Position numbers and translations under genes: made by a program. The notes under the pieces are model-generated. The model was not told the origin of the DNA. It was given only the letters and a program-made list of their open reading frames with translations, and made no database searches. This document shows positions 38,968 to 51,229 of a stretch of DNA of 64,000 nucleotides, piece after piece (position 1 is the stretch's first letter; the number at the start of each line of letters is the position of its first letter). The stretch is from Octopus bimaculoides (Eukaryota), in NCBI RefSeq assembly GCF_001194135.2, contig NC_068982.1, forward strand, positions 130,266,321 to 130,330,320, in the 5' to 3' direction.

Positions 38968-39096
38968 TTGGATTTCTGCCCATGCATCTTTCAGTCGAAT
39001 TAATAATAGTTCCTTATCATGAACAAAAGCTATACTTCCAACAGGGATAGTTAGAGCAACATCTTGAAGTTCTCCCATATTGCGATAAGTTGCAAT
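38968..39096 (-). CDS. Mp: Multiplexin exon 13, NC1 trimerisation domain: IATYRNMGELQDVALTIPVGSIAFVHDKELLLIRLKDAWAEIQ
   Basis: 129 nt, phase 0/0. Acceptor tttatttacatag, donor gtaagt. Pattern P-x-G-x-I-A-F-V ... L-x-I-R ... W-x-x-I-Q matches the collagen XV/XVIII trimerisation domain. Confidence 0.92.
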
Positions 39097-40411
39097 CTAT
39101 GTAAATAAAAAGAAAAGTAAAATGAAACAAATCATAAAGGAAAAAAATATAAGTCAAAGAAAAGAGTATGTAAAAAAATCAACACATGCCATTATTATTC
39201 ATTCTTATTTCTCTTATGTGTTGCTTATAGCAGAAGCCATAAATTGCATTTTCCTGTTGGCCATCACTCTTGCTGTGTCATTCACTGAATCAAAATCTAG
39301 TGTATGCCTTAGTGATAGCCAGGATTTGGTCTTAAATTTCATTTCCTGCATTGGAGTGATCTTCAATCAATGATGACAAATAACAATAACCCTTCTTGGC
39401 TGTAAATATATCTTTTGTCATTTATGACTACAAACATTCATCTTTTATCTCTTTCACTGGTTTCAGCAAAAAAAAAATGAGATCATGCTGTAACACTGCC
39501 TTTTGGATTTCTTTTCTGTACAGTTTCTGGCGAAAGTTTCTGTTCTGTTTCTTGTCATCACCATCATGATGTTGTGGTTGTAGTTGTCCCAGTAGAAGCT
39601 TAATGCTACAATTCAACATGAAATCGGAGAATGGTTTCAACTTGAATTGACTTGACATTTCAAACTTCTGAGGAGAACTTAGTTTTGCAGACTGTTCTTT
39701 GAATAAGTTGGGTTAAGCAATATGTATTAGAAGCAATTTGTATTAGAATTAAGATTTCACATTGAAAACACTGTTCCATTAGAAACTTCTCTTCTCTGTC
39801 CCCACCTCTTCCTCATCATTATCATCATTGTTGTTATCATCATCACCATCATTATAATGACCATTATCTTCATCATCAATGCTATTAGCATTATGAAACA
39901 TTTGCTTGAAATAAGGAAACTACATTATGGTATAGCTTCAATGACCATTTTTTTAAACTGCCATGTTACAACGTAGTTGCTGCATTGTGGAAGATGTACT
40001 CCAACTTTTGGAAATGTAATTTTCAGAAAAAATCTTTTGTACTTACCAAAAATCTGGTCACACAATAGAATAGTGTCCAGCAGTTACTGTAATCAAACAA
40101 AATCGACAAGCAAACTAGCAGAGTGCTCATACTTCTCCTTGAGTGAAATCACCAGACAATGGTCACCTAACTAGTGGTTTGCTGCCAAATACTGTTGCAG
40201 TACACAACTCTTTAACTGTCCTGTGATTCTAACTAGCATCATGGATAATGCATGATAATTTTCAAAGTAATTTTTTGCAAGAAAAAGTGCATCTTCCATA
40301 TGGCATTTAGAATTGATCAAAATAAGCAAATAAATGTTTCTGAATGATAAATGTGTCTTTTGCATTGAAGTATTTCATAAAGTAAGGGTTAGAAACTTTA
40401 CAGTAGCTTAC

Positions 40412-40573
40412 CGCATGTGAAGCAGAATAAGTCTGATCATTAATAGTGCTGGAACCACCATATGAATGTTGTTGAGGTCCTGGAGGGCCTGGAGGCCCAC
40501 GGGGACCTGGTCTTCCCGGAATTGATACTCCTGGAATTCCAGGAATACCCCGGCCTGTACTTCCTTTTTCTCC
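40412..40573 (-). CDS. Mp: Multiplexin exon 12 (last COL domain): GEKGSTGRGIPGIPGVSIPGRPGPRGPPGPPGPQQHSYGGSSTINDQTYSASHA
   Basis: 162 nt, phase 0/0. Acceptor tttcttttag, donor gtaagc. Confidence 0.93.
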
Positions 40574-41568
40574 CTAAAAGAAAAATATGCAGAAAAATAT
40601 CCATAAAAATTAATATCTATCATGATAAAAATCATGATTTTTCAACCAATAAGGAAGTTTGTTACTCAGCCAAGAATAGCACATGGGAAAACGATGGTAA
40701 ATTTCCTTGTCTTAGTTGAAATTTGCCATTAACATACTAGATTGCATTTTCAAATACTAGACCTCTGATCTTTGGGTTTCTGATCAGCCACTTTCATGTA
40801 GCATACTTGCTAAAATATAACGAATTGAAGCTAACTTAACAATAACAGCAATGTCTAATATTTTGAATCAAAAAGGTGCCTCTACATAAAGGGTCAGTCA
40901 CAGGTGGACCACTGAATACTTCAGAACTTTTCTAAAAAAATTTTCAAAATATAATACATTTGTCGGCCACAAATTTAATGTTTTTGTGGAACTGTTGATA
41001 GTTTTTAGATAGAATTTTTCATCATGAATTAATTTTTGCATACATAAACATCACCAATGTTAACAATAGGGTTACATGGGAATATTTTTGTAAGATATGA
41101 TGTAACATATATGTGGATCATGGGCAAATATAAGTAAGAATGACAAGTGAGCCATTAGAAGACAAAGTTGTTGATACTCAATATACATAATTACTTGTTT
41201 ACCTAGAAATCTTCTAACTGATGAACTACAATCTTAAAAAAAGAAAGACACAGTGGATAATGTAGTCATAAATATGATATTTTGAAAAAGAAAAAAAAAT
41301 GTGAACAGAAACCATATCCCACATCCACAAAAAAATAAACTAGTAAGGGTTAGAATGTTGTTGATCATATATCTTTTTGATTATAGCTGCTCTGGGACTA
41401 AATACCTGCAATATGTTTTCTTCAGTTCTCAAATTGATATTACACAGATAGAGAAAGAGCAATATGTCATATTGCTCTTTCTCTATCTCTCTGTCTCCTT
41501 GCTCAGCATCCTGAAATTCTTTTGAGTTTACTATTCAAATTTTAATAGTTTCAAAAGAAATTCAAATA

Positions 41569-42433
41569 TGAGGTGATATCAAAATATTCCCAGACTAGTT
41601 CTATAGCATGCCAAAAGATGGCAGCACATGGTTGCTTGTGCAGCGAGAGCTAGCAGTGACCTTCATGAAGCAGCGTGCTGAGTGACATCATTGTGTTTAC
41701 TTTACAAGTTGTGAAATTTGTGGTTTTTGTGACCATATGTATTCTGTTAGCTATTTTGTCAAAGAGTCAATGTGAAATTTTGCATTAAACTTCAGAAGTC
41801 TGCTAGAGAGAGATTGAGCATTCTTCAGCAAGCTTACAGCAATGAAGCAATAGGTTGTATGCAATGTTTCAAGTGACATGGACACTTCAAAAGTGAAAGA
41901 ACATCCCTGGAAGGTGATGAGCAATCTGAAAGACCTGCAATGAGCATCACCATGGAGAAAATTCATCAGCTTATGCATGGGGATCATCAGAGGACAATCA
42001 ATGACATTTTGAAGCATTTGAGGGAAGTCATTAGACCAAACCATGAAGCATGAAGAATTGGATTCTTCACGATGACAATGTACCCTATTATCAAGCTCTC
42101 CTCACTTGTGAGTTTCTCACCAAAAACAACATGGTATTGCTTCTGCACCTACCCTATTCACCAGATTTAGCACTTGCAGACTTCCATCTCTTCCCCAAGA
42201 TGTAAATGCAGTTGAAAGGTTGCTATTTTAATACCGTTGTTGCGATCCAGAGTGAATCACAAAAATTCCTTGATTTGCATATAGAAAACAACTTCCAGGT
42301 TGGATTCCATAAGTGGCAGGAACACTGACACTGATGTATTACTGTGCAAGGTGACTATTTTAAAGGAGAACTTAGCTAAAGTAAAGTATATTTTATTAAA
42401 CAATTAGTCATGGAACTTTTTGATACCACCTTG
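41569..42433 (+). mobile_element. Non-autonomous mariner, same family as 17591-18535, both TIRs present
   Basis: TIRs tgaggtgatatcaaaatattcccagactagtt / aattagtcatggaactttttgataccaccttg, TA on both sides. HLPYSPDLALADFHLF remnant. Confidence 0.88.
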
Positions 42434-42844
42434 TAGAATTCATTATATTTTACTATGTTTATAGACTGAACTATATATAATGGAAAGATTTCTTAGCTCT
42501 TAGAAGTAGTGGTTGGTTTTTAACCTTCTCTTTGTTCCCTTTCCCTGTAAATACTCTGCTTTCTACTGATTCAACTGTACAATCATTCATCAAATAAATA
42601 ACATATTCTGAATCAATTTGTGTATCTCTTTTAAACACATTTCTTAAAATATTACTTTTAGCATTTGAAGAAAAATATAATATAATGCTGAAGTAACAAT
42701 GCTCACTTAATAGACATTCTTTCCACAGTCTTATAACTAACAACCTCTGTCTCACTAATTAAACATCTCAACCAATAAGCTATTATGTCTTTACTTTATA
42801 TTGAGGGACAATATGTTAAGGAAACACTTTAGAAACAAACTAAC

Positions 42845-42985
42845 CATTTCTCCTTTCTGTCCTTTTTGTCTATAAAGTCTATATGCATCTCCATGTCCAT
42901 TTGAGCCAGCATAACTACCGGTATTTGGTGGTCCTGGTGGTCCTGGGGGCCCTGGTGGTCCTGGTAGTCCAGCATTACCTTTATA
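42845..42985 (-). CDS. Mp: Multiplexin exon 11: YKGNAGLPGPPGPPGPPGPPNTGSYAGSNGHGDAYRLYRQKGQKGEM
   Basis: 141 nt, phase 0/0. Acceptor aatttcag, donor gttagt. Matches ORF 42791..43093. Confidence 0.92.
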
Positions 42986-43061
42986 CTGAAATTCAGACAG
43001 AAAATTAATGTATGACTCACTAATGGGAAATAAGCATTTAAAAACAAACAAATATATACAT

Positions 43062-43400
43062 AGGGTCTTGGGTTTAGTTCCACTGTGTAGCACATTGAGC
43101 AGTGTCTTCTATTATAGCCAACCAAAGCCTTGTGAATAGATGGAAGCTGAAAGATGCCTGTCGAAAATATATGTGTATGTGAGTGTATTTGTGTGAATCC
43201 TTGTTTTAACATCATATGATGATTGTAAATGAACATTACCATCATACAAGCAATGTTGTTTGTTTCCATGAAGAAATGTGTCTGGTAATGGGGAAAATAT
43301 TACCTTGCTTGGAAACAGGTGAAGGTTGATGACAGGAAGGGCATTTGACTACAGAAAATCTACCTCAACAACTTACATCTAACCATGCAAGCATGGTTAA
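43062..43400 (+). mobile_element. SINE family C (A-like head, RTE-derived 3' tail)
   Basis: Head similar to family A. 3' part aatattaccttgcttggaaacagg..gacaggaagggcat..ccatgcaagcatgg shares the LINE tail. Confidence 0.7.
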
Positions 43401-43664
43401 TTAGCCAAACAGTTAATTGTAACATTACTGATTTTTCAATCAATGTTTTGTTCTATTGATGACAACAAATTTTATCTTTGCGTGTAGTTAATAAAAATGT
43501 ACATCTAGCATCTCCACCACTGCAGCTGGATGATTTTCACTTGCTACTGATTTATTTTTGTGTTATTTAAACAGTACATCATTAAGTGCTATTTTCTCTG
43601 GATGAACTGCAGTTAATTGGGGTTTTCCCTGATATTTACATTAAGTATGACACAGATTGTTGTA

Positions 43665-43735
<71 letters not shown>

Positions 43736-43783
43736 TTCTCTATCTATCTATCTATTTCTCTACCTATCTATCTATTTCTCTAC

Positions 43784-43870
<87 letters not shown>
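43665..43870. repeat. (TATC)n microsatellite with tatttctc variants, running into a gap
   Basis: Read directly. Similar arrays at 7273-7375 and 16590-16670. Confidence 0.95.
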
Positions 43871-43871
<1 letters not shown>

Positions 43872-44220
43872 ATATATATATNNNNNNNNNNNNNNNNNNN
43901 NNNNNNNNNNNNNNNNNNNNNNNNNNNNNNNNNNNNNNNNNNNNNNNNNNNNNNNNNNNNNNNNNNNNNNNNNNNNNNNNNNNNNNNNNNNNNNNNNNNN
44001 NNNNNNNNNNNNNNNNNNNNNNNNNNNNNNNNNNNNNNNNNNNNNNNNNNNNNNNNNNNNNNNNNNNNNNNNNNNNNNNNNNNNNNNNNNNNNNNNNNNN
44101 NNNNNNNNNNNNNNNNNNNNNNNNNNNNNNNNNNNNNNNNNNNNNNNNNNNNNNNNNNNNNNNNNNNNNNNNNNNNNCACATATTACTGAAATACAAGCA
44201 CTGTTTATTTTTCATTCTAT

Positions 44221-44267
<47 letters not shown>

Positions 44268-45201
44268 TTTTTAACATCCAATTTCCATGCTTGCATATGT
44301 GTAGTGTGTGTTAGGGGTGATATTAGGTTCACTTGATGACAGATACAATGCAGCAGTGTTGACAAGATATAAATTTCCAACCTCTTTGCTTTCTGCTGTT
44401 ATATCATATAACTAATGTTCCCTCATTAGTGTATGTCATCTTCCTAAGTGACATTTACTTATATTACAAGACATCTAAACTGAATTATGCTCTCAGTGGT
44501 TTAAATCCACCTTATGATATGCCCACTTTGATTACAATGAATATATAAAGATGTGTGCATGAAAGAAAAGATTTTAAACATTAAGAAAATTTAGCTAATT
44601 CAATAAATACCATGGTGTACATGTTCATAATTGTGATTTTTACAGCATAACATGTATGGAATAATAAAAGTATGTAAAGACTCTATGTGACTATAAAATA
44701 TTAATCATACTTCTTTGAGAATCTGTCATATCCCAGTGTTATCATATCTACCTTTTAAATTAAGCATATCTGGTAACTCCTACTTGTAAGAATTCATTTT
44801 TTTTTCTAGTTCCAAAATCTCAACAGATGGAAAAAACCAAATGGTAAGATGATATTGAACTGGAATTGTATTTGTCTAGCTAGTAACATGATTTGAGCCT
44901 TTAATGATACTAAAGCAATTACATAATGGAAGAATCACTTTAACTATTACAAAAACATACAAAACTATTAAATTCACTTTTCATTTATTCCATGAAATAC
45001 TGTATCAGTAACTAAGTTGCAGTTACATGCCAAAAAGTTTAATGCCTCAATAACTAAATATGAAATGAATTTAATAGAATTTTTGATTTTGAAAGTCATA
45101 AAATGGTTATTTCCCAATGATACTGATCTTGTCTTTTATTTAGAATTCTGCTGGACTAACTAAGTTGGCTATATTGGCATATATACGCAGTTAATACTTA
45201 C

Positions 45202-45275
45202 ATATCTTTTATCAAATATACTAGCCTCTGACTTGTCACCTTTGTCTCCTTTTTCTCCCTTTTCTCCTCTGTAAA
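45202..45275 (-). CDS. Mp: Multiplexin exon 10: (I/V)YRGEKGEKGDKGDKSEASIFDKRY
   Basis: 74 nt, phase 1/0. Acceptor ttctcatttcag, donor gtaagt. Confidence 0.9.
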
Positions 45276-46353
45276 CTGAAATGAGAACAAAATATCATAA
45301 TCCATAATGGCTATTTGGCAACTGTATAAATAAGAAATGAAATGAAACATTCCACCAGAACAATCAACAGTGGCCCATCAGAGAACTTTACAGATCTTAG
45401 ATTACCTTCATTGTGAAAGGCAAGTGCCTTCTTACAGCAGTGTTCTCTTGCCTACAGGTGCATGATAAGAGTAGGACCATTAATTTATATATACTTGCCT
45501 CTCTGCCTGCTTCTCACTAAATTTAAAGGAGGGAAGCACCTCCCTCACCACCTCCCTCACCACACTCATCTTTTTTTTTATGTAGTACTTGAATAAGTTG
45601 ATGAAACTTCTTATTTTTTCCAACATGAAACCTCTTTTACCCTAGTCAAAAAGACACAAACCTTCCCTGCCCTTCCCTATCAAAAGAAGTCAACTGGGAA
45701 ATGTTTTTGATAAACTTGGCTTGTATACAGATCTGTGTTACATGTGGGATAATAGATGTTTGATATAATTGCACAAATCACCAATGCTCAGATACTGAAA
45801 TAAGTTCATGCAGTTTGACTTTGTTGATCTCTATGCATCTTGGGTATGCGCTGTTGATGGTATTTCCATGTATGTTGAATTTTTCCAAATCACTAATGTT
45901 TCTTAGAAGCTATGTCAGACCAAGCATTCTTGAAATTGCTCTAGCCCCCAGGTTGAAAATAAGTTGATTTGGCATAGTTGATATTCATTACATTATACAC
46001 TTAGTAATTATAGATGCAGCAGGGCTAAATGATTAAGAAGTTTGTTTAATAATCATCAGATCTCATCTTCTACTCTACAGCATGGTATCTTAGGATTGTA
46101 TCTATAATATAAAGGTCCTGCCTTGTCACATTATCATGCTGATTTTACTTGAGAATTACGTTATAGGTATTTGTGTCAGTGATACAATATTAAACCACCC
46201 ACACACTAATTCACTGAGAAAGTAGTTCAATTGATTAAGCAACTAAATACTAACAGATGGAACTCCATTACTTTAATTCACTTAATAATAAGCCTTGAAA
46301 GAGAGTAATCAGAGATTAATGAATTTAGAACAAAACAAATAGCAAATTTTTAC

Positions 46354-46471
46354 TTCTTTCTGTATCTCCAGAACCTGTATTTATTATCACTCCTGATGAC
46401 GGAGAAGAAAGTGGGCCAGGTGGGCCAGGTGGGCCAGGAGGTCCTGAACGGCCTGTATAACCACGTTCACC
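46354..46471 (-). CDS. Mp: Multiplexin exon 9: GERGYTGRSGPPGPPGPPGPLSSPSSGVIINTGSGDTER (+1 nt)
   Basis: Acceptor attttacag. The next exon needs a phase-1 donor. Two fit: aa|gtaaaa (exon ends 46354) or cag|gttctg (ends 46375), so the 3' boundary is ambiguous. Confidence 0.85.
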
Positions 46472-46947
46472 CTGTAAAATACAATGCATATTATTATTAA
46501 CTGTTTCTGCAGTACCAATTCATTAGGGTTCAATGACATCTAAGAATATGGAGTGATAAGAAAATAATTGAAAATAAAAGGCTGTATTCATTAAAGAGAA
46601 ACTAATATACACAGGCTGCTTATCAAGTGCTTGAGAACTCAAAGATCTAGTGATCAAAGATCTACAAATAATGCTATTCACTTTGTCAATTTAGACTATA
46701 CTTTATCGTTCGTTCAGCAATTTAGCAGTGATCCACTCTTCTTAATTCTGATCTATATCATCCCATGTTTTAGCATTTAACCTATGTGATTTTCATTTTA
46801 AAGTTGGCAAGGTGTTTACTTAGGAAGATATTACTATTATATTGACGAAGCTTAGAAAATTTGTTGATGCTCTTTCACTGACTTAAGTTAAACCTGATTA
46901 CAATAGTTGCCAAAAAATGTGATACATATCTAAAGAGTAGCTCTTAC

Positions 46948-47103
46948 CTTGTTTCCTTTACTATTGAATCCATTAGAACCATCAGATTTCCAAGGTTCTG
47001 ATATACCTGGTATTCCAGGAGGACCTGGTAGCCCTCTTTCTCCTGCTCTGCCTTTAAGGCCATATCCAGGCTCTCCTTTACGTCCACGAAGTCCTTGCCG
47101 ACC
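46948..47103 (-). CDS. Mp: Multiplexin exon 8: GRQGLRGRKGEPGYGLKGRAGERGLPGPPGIPGISEPWKSDGSNGFNSKGNK
   Basis: 156 nt, phase 0/0. Acceptor cttacag, donor gtaaga. Confidence 0.93.
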
Positions 47104-47284
47104 CTGTAAGGTGGAAGTTCAATAAATATTATTTTTATCATTATTAAACCAATTTTTAGATGTGTTTGTAATTTCTTTTAAATCAGAATTGTTCTTTTTA
47201 TTTTATTCATGTATCTTGTGTCTAATTTAATAAACTAATACTTTAGAACTACAATGCACTTTATTTAATTGTAACTATTAGACA

Positions 47285-47713
47285 TGAGTGCAGGAGTGAC
47301 TGTGTGGTAAGTAGCTTGCTCACCAACCACATGGTTCTGGGTTCAGTCCCATTGCGTGGCACCTTAAGCAAGTGTCTTCTACTATAGCCTCAGGTTGACC
47401 AAAGCCATGTAAGTGAATTTGGTAGATGGAAACTGAAAGAAGCCCATTGTATATATACATATATATGTGTCTGTGTTTGTGTGTGTGTATGTGTGTATAT
47501 ATATTTATGTGTCTGTGTTTGTCCCCCAACATCATTTGACAACCGATGCTGGTGTGTTTACATCCCCGTAACTTAGTGGTTCAGCAAAAGAGACTGATAG
47601 AATAAGTACTAGTCTTATAAAGAATAAGTCTTGGGGTTGACTTGCTTGACTAAAGGTGGTGCTCCAGCATGGCTGCAGTCAAATGACTGAAAGAAGTAAA
47701 AGAATAAAAGAAT
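47285..47713 (+). mobile_element. tRNA-derived bipartite SINE (family A) with internal (TA/TG)n tract, complete copy
   Basis: Head ctgtgtggtaagtagcttgct..ggttcagtccc, CORE-like ccttaagcaagtgtcttct, tail ggtgctccagcatggctgcagtcaaatgactgaaa. Confidence 0.85.
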
Positions 47714-47757
47714 GTGGTTCACTAAAATTTTCATTGCATTTTTTTCATGTACCATTG

Positions 47758-47977
47758 AAGGCAGTGAGCTGGCAGAATAATTAGCATGCTGGGCAAAATG
47801 CTTAGTGGCATTTCATCTCTCTTTATGTCCTGAGTTCAAATTCCGCCTAGAATTTGAACTCAGAACATCTTTTCAAGCTCAATAAATTAAGTACCAGTCA
47901 AGCACCGGGCTTGATATAATCAACTTACCCCTACCCGAAATTTCAGGTTTTGTGTCTATAATAGAAAGGATTATTAT
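47758..47977 (+). mobile_element. SINE family B
   Basis: gcagtgagctggcagaa...tgagttcaaattccgcc...aataaattaagtaccag, ending ttattat. Homologous copies at 37905-38128 and 4090-4310. Confidence 0.75.
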
Positions 47978-48546
47978 CATGTACCATAACTCTACCAGTG
48001 CTTTGCTGACCACATTTCATGAATCAGGACTCTTGTTTAGGAATATAGGATGTATGAAATAGTAAGTGAATGATAACCCATTCTATAATAAACACTTTAC
48101 ACATGCACACCCACTATCTTCACAAAGGATAATTTTATCAATGATAAGTAATTAAATTTAGTACCAGAGAAATATCCTCCACCAAATTACTCTAAAAGTA
48201 TTGTTTCATAATTTGATCATTGTTATATGAATGCATCAAAATATATAACACCATTAGAATTAGAGGTGCTTAATAGATAATAAGTGAATACAATTTCTAT
48301 ATAGAAGTGTAGCAATATCTATTTCAACATATATTTTTCAGATTAAATATTTTATCAAGCATAATATAAAGAACCCCCACCCCCCCAAAAAAGAAAGCAT
48401 TACTAGATAAGAGACAGTGCAAGTGAAATTATTATTATTTGCTTGAAATTATCAATTAGTGTCAAAATATTAACTGGCAACAACCATTAAGAGATAATTG
48501 TTTAATGGAATATTTTGTTATATGAAATTTAAAGCAGAATACTTAC

Positions 48547-48693
48547 TGTAAATCCAGGCATACCCATGTTTCCTTTGCCTCCTTTGACACCTTTTTTACC
48601 TGTATATCCCATACTGCCTTTTGGTCCAACAGGGCCACGTTCTCCCTTCAGGCCAACACAGCTACGACAACCACCTGGTTCTCCTTTGAGACC
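48547..48693 (-). CDS. Mp: Multiplexin exon 7: GLKGEPGGCRSCVGLKGERGPVGPKGSMGYTGKKGVKGGKGNMGMPGFT
   Basis: 147 nt, phase 0/0. Acceptor attgacag, donor gtaagt. Contains a CxxC interruption. Confidence 0.93.
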
Positions 48694-48788
48694 CTGTCAA
48701 TATCATCAAATTAGACAATTGTACTGACAAAGAGGATTAATCATGACTGAACACCAAACAAATAAAGATATATATCATAATGTCATAC

Positions 48789-48899
48789 CTTTCCATTGGA
48801 GTCGGCTGTGGAAAATCCAGGAACACCGGGTGGTCCAGGAGGCCCAGGTGGACCAGCGATTCCCTGGGGTCCAACTGGACCGGTACTGCCAGGTTCTCC
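48789..48899 (-). CDS. Mp: Multiplexin exon 6: GEPGSTGPVGPQGIAGPPGPPGPPGVPGFSTADSNGK
   Basis: 111 nt, phase 0/0. Acceptor ttccattaaag, donor gtatga. Matches ORF-track entry 48783..48977. Confidence 0.92.
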
Positions 48900-49981
48900 C
48901 TTTAATGGAAAATGGTTTATCAGAGAGTTGTGACTAGAAATCAATACCATGTTAAGCTTTATGGAATACTTTTGCATAATTTATAGGGAACAGATGAAAA
49001 TATTTGAAAAAAGGAGCCGAAATGAGAGAATAAAAATAATAAAGGAGTGTGTATATATATATATGATAAGCCAGAAGTAACTATCTTAAATTTTTGATCG
49101 AAATTTTATTATATTTGAATTTACTATTTTAATATTATTGTTTATTTATGAAATATTTATTTGATATTTTTGTTTTTAGTTATAATCTATATTAATTAAT
49201 TTTTTTATTGAAAGTTTTTAAAGTTTTCTAGTTCCAAATATCATATTCATTTATTCATACAAAAATATTAAGATAATTACTTTTGACCTAGCCTCTATAA
49301 TAAAATGGCAAATAATATTGTAGTAATATATTATTTTGAAAAACAGAAAAAAAAAACCAAAACAAGAAAAAAACCAAAGTATAAACAAAACATTAATGAG
49401 GAACTGGTCGTAGGTGATTTAATCACTGCCACCATACTTTGTTTAAGATACTACCCACCTACCAAAATGTTAATAGTAAAGCCTACATATAATTAACAAG
49501 TTCTTGTTTAGCTTGTGCAAAACCCAAATACTTCCATGTACTTTCCTTCACTTCAACAAGATACTTTCAATGAAGAAAAAAAATATATATTTGAAGCTCT
49601 GTGTTAAGATTTAAACTATGGTCTCTTCATTTCCAGGTGGGTATACTTCATATATACAAGGTTATGGGATAATTTCATCACATACTTAGTGTTTAATTTA
49701 CTTGGCTATCTATTATAAAATTTTGTTAGGTTTTGTATCTCTACTATTCAATCCACTTATTTTCACCTCTTGTAACACTTGATACCCTGCAACACCCTTT
49801 GTTCCTTCCTAACTATTATACTCAGTCCTTGGCCTGCTGGAATCTTCTCCCTGCCCAAGTTTTTCTTACAAGTAACAGTTTAAATGAAACATTATCAACC
49901 TCAAACTTACTAGGCTTGGAGAGCCCCTCCTCGAAATCCAGCAAGTGAAAAAAAACTTCATCTTTAATGATTAAGTCTTAC

Positions 49982-50089
49982 CTTTCTTCCATTTATTATT
50001 ACAGTATCATCGGAAGTTTTAATCTCAGGAGGAATTCCAGGGGGGCCAGGGGGGCCAGGTCGACCTGCAGGGCCAACTCGACCTATTCC
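49982..50089 (-). CDS. Mp: Multiplexin exon 5: GIGRVGPAGRPGPPGPPGIPPEIKTSDDTVIINGRK
   Basis: 108 nt, phase 0/0. Acceptor ttttatatag, donor gtaaga. Confidence 0.92.
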
Positions 50090-50929
50090 CTATATAAAAG
50101 AAATAAGTAATTTATAAAGATTGAACACTTAAAGAATATTGTATTACACTTCATAGATAAATTTTTTCATAATTTTCATTTTTTTGTTTCATTGTTTAGC
50201 TGTTTCATGACTGAAACATAGAATAGATCTACAAATTAAATTTTTGGCTGAACAAATTCTAGCAATTTGTTTATCCATTGGACTTCAAGATAAATGTTCA
50301 TATTCTTAAGGATTGAAAATAGGTAACTGGATGTCATGACAGGCTTATTGAGTCATTGAAGAAAACAAGACACAGCTTTGTAATCTGCAAGCTACACTGT
50401 CTTCTATTAACGTCTGTAAATTAGTCACTGAATAAAATAAAAAAGACTGGAGATAGTTTTTGGTAAAGTTAAAATTTAAAATCATCTTTGGGGTATGAAT
50501 GTACTGACATTTATATTGATGTTCAAAATATCATTCTGGGATAAACTCCAGTGAATGTTCAATGTCATAACAGTGGCTGCCCCATTATTATTTTGGTAGT
50601 ATGCTCTTATAATATTGTGACTTAAAATATATTCTCAGTATATACACCTGACTGTAACAATTACAAGAAGCATTAAAAAGAGTTCTGACTACTGCACTGA
50701 GGATGCAGAATAAGCTACAAAGAGGCCCATATCTCCTCACTGTTTTGTGAATGTGTGTTGTAAGAAAATATTCTAATTTAGAATATTTAGTATTTGATTC
50801 TTTTATTCTTTTTACTCTTACTTGCTTCAATCATTGAAGTGTGACCCTGTTAAAGCACTACCTTAAAGAATTTAGTTTATTATAAACAAACCAACACAGG
50901 AAGTCAACCAGTGAAAAATACGTCTACGC

Positions 50930-50982
<53 letters not shown>

Positions 50983-50985
<3 letters not shown>

Positions 50986-51145
50986 GCTTGGCCACATGGT
51001 TAAGAAACTCCTCTCTCAACCATGCAGTTTCTGATTCATTCAGTCCCACTACATAGCATCTTGAGCAAGATGGTGCATTAACTCCAGGCCAACTAAAGCC
51101 TTGTGAGTCATTAGGCCAATGTAAACTAAAAGAAGACTGTCATTC

Positions 51146-51229
<84 letters not shown>

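Noticed and set aside
39428-39658. 76-aa minus-strand ORF in the exon 12-13 intron
   Set aside because: No motif or usable splice sites linking it to the gene. Kept only as context for the poison-exon candidate.
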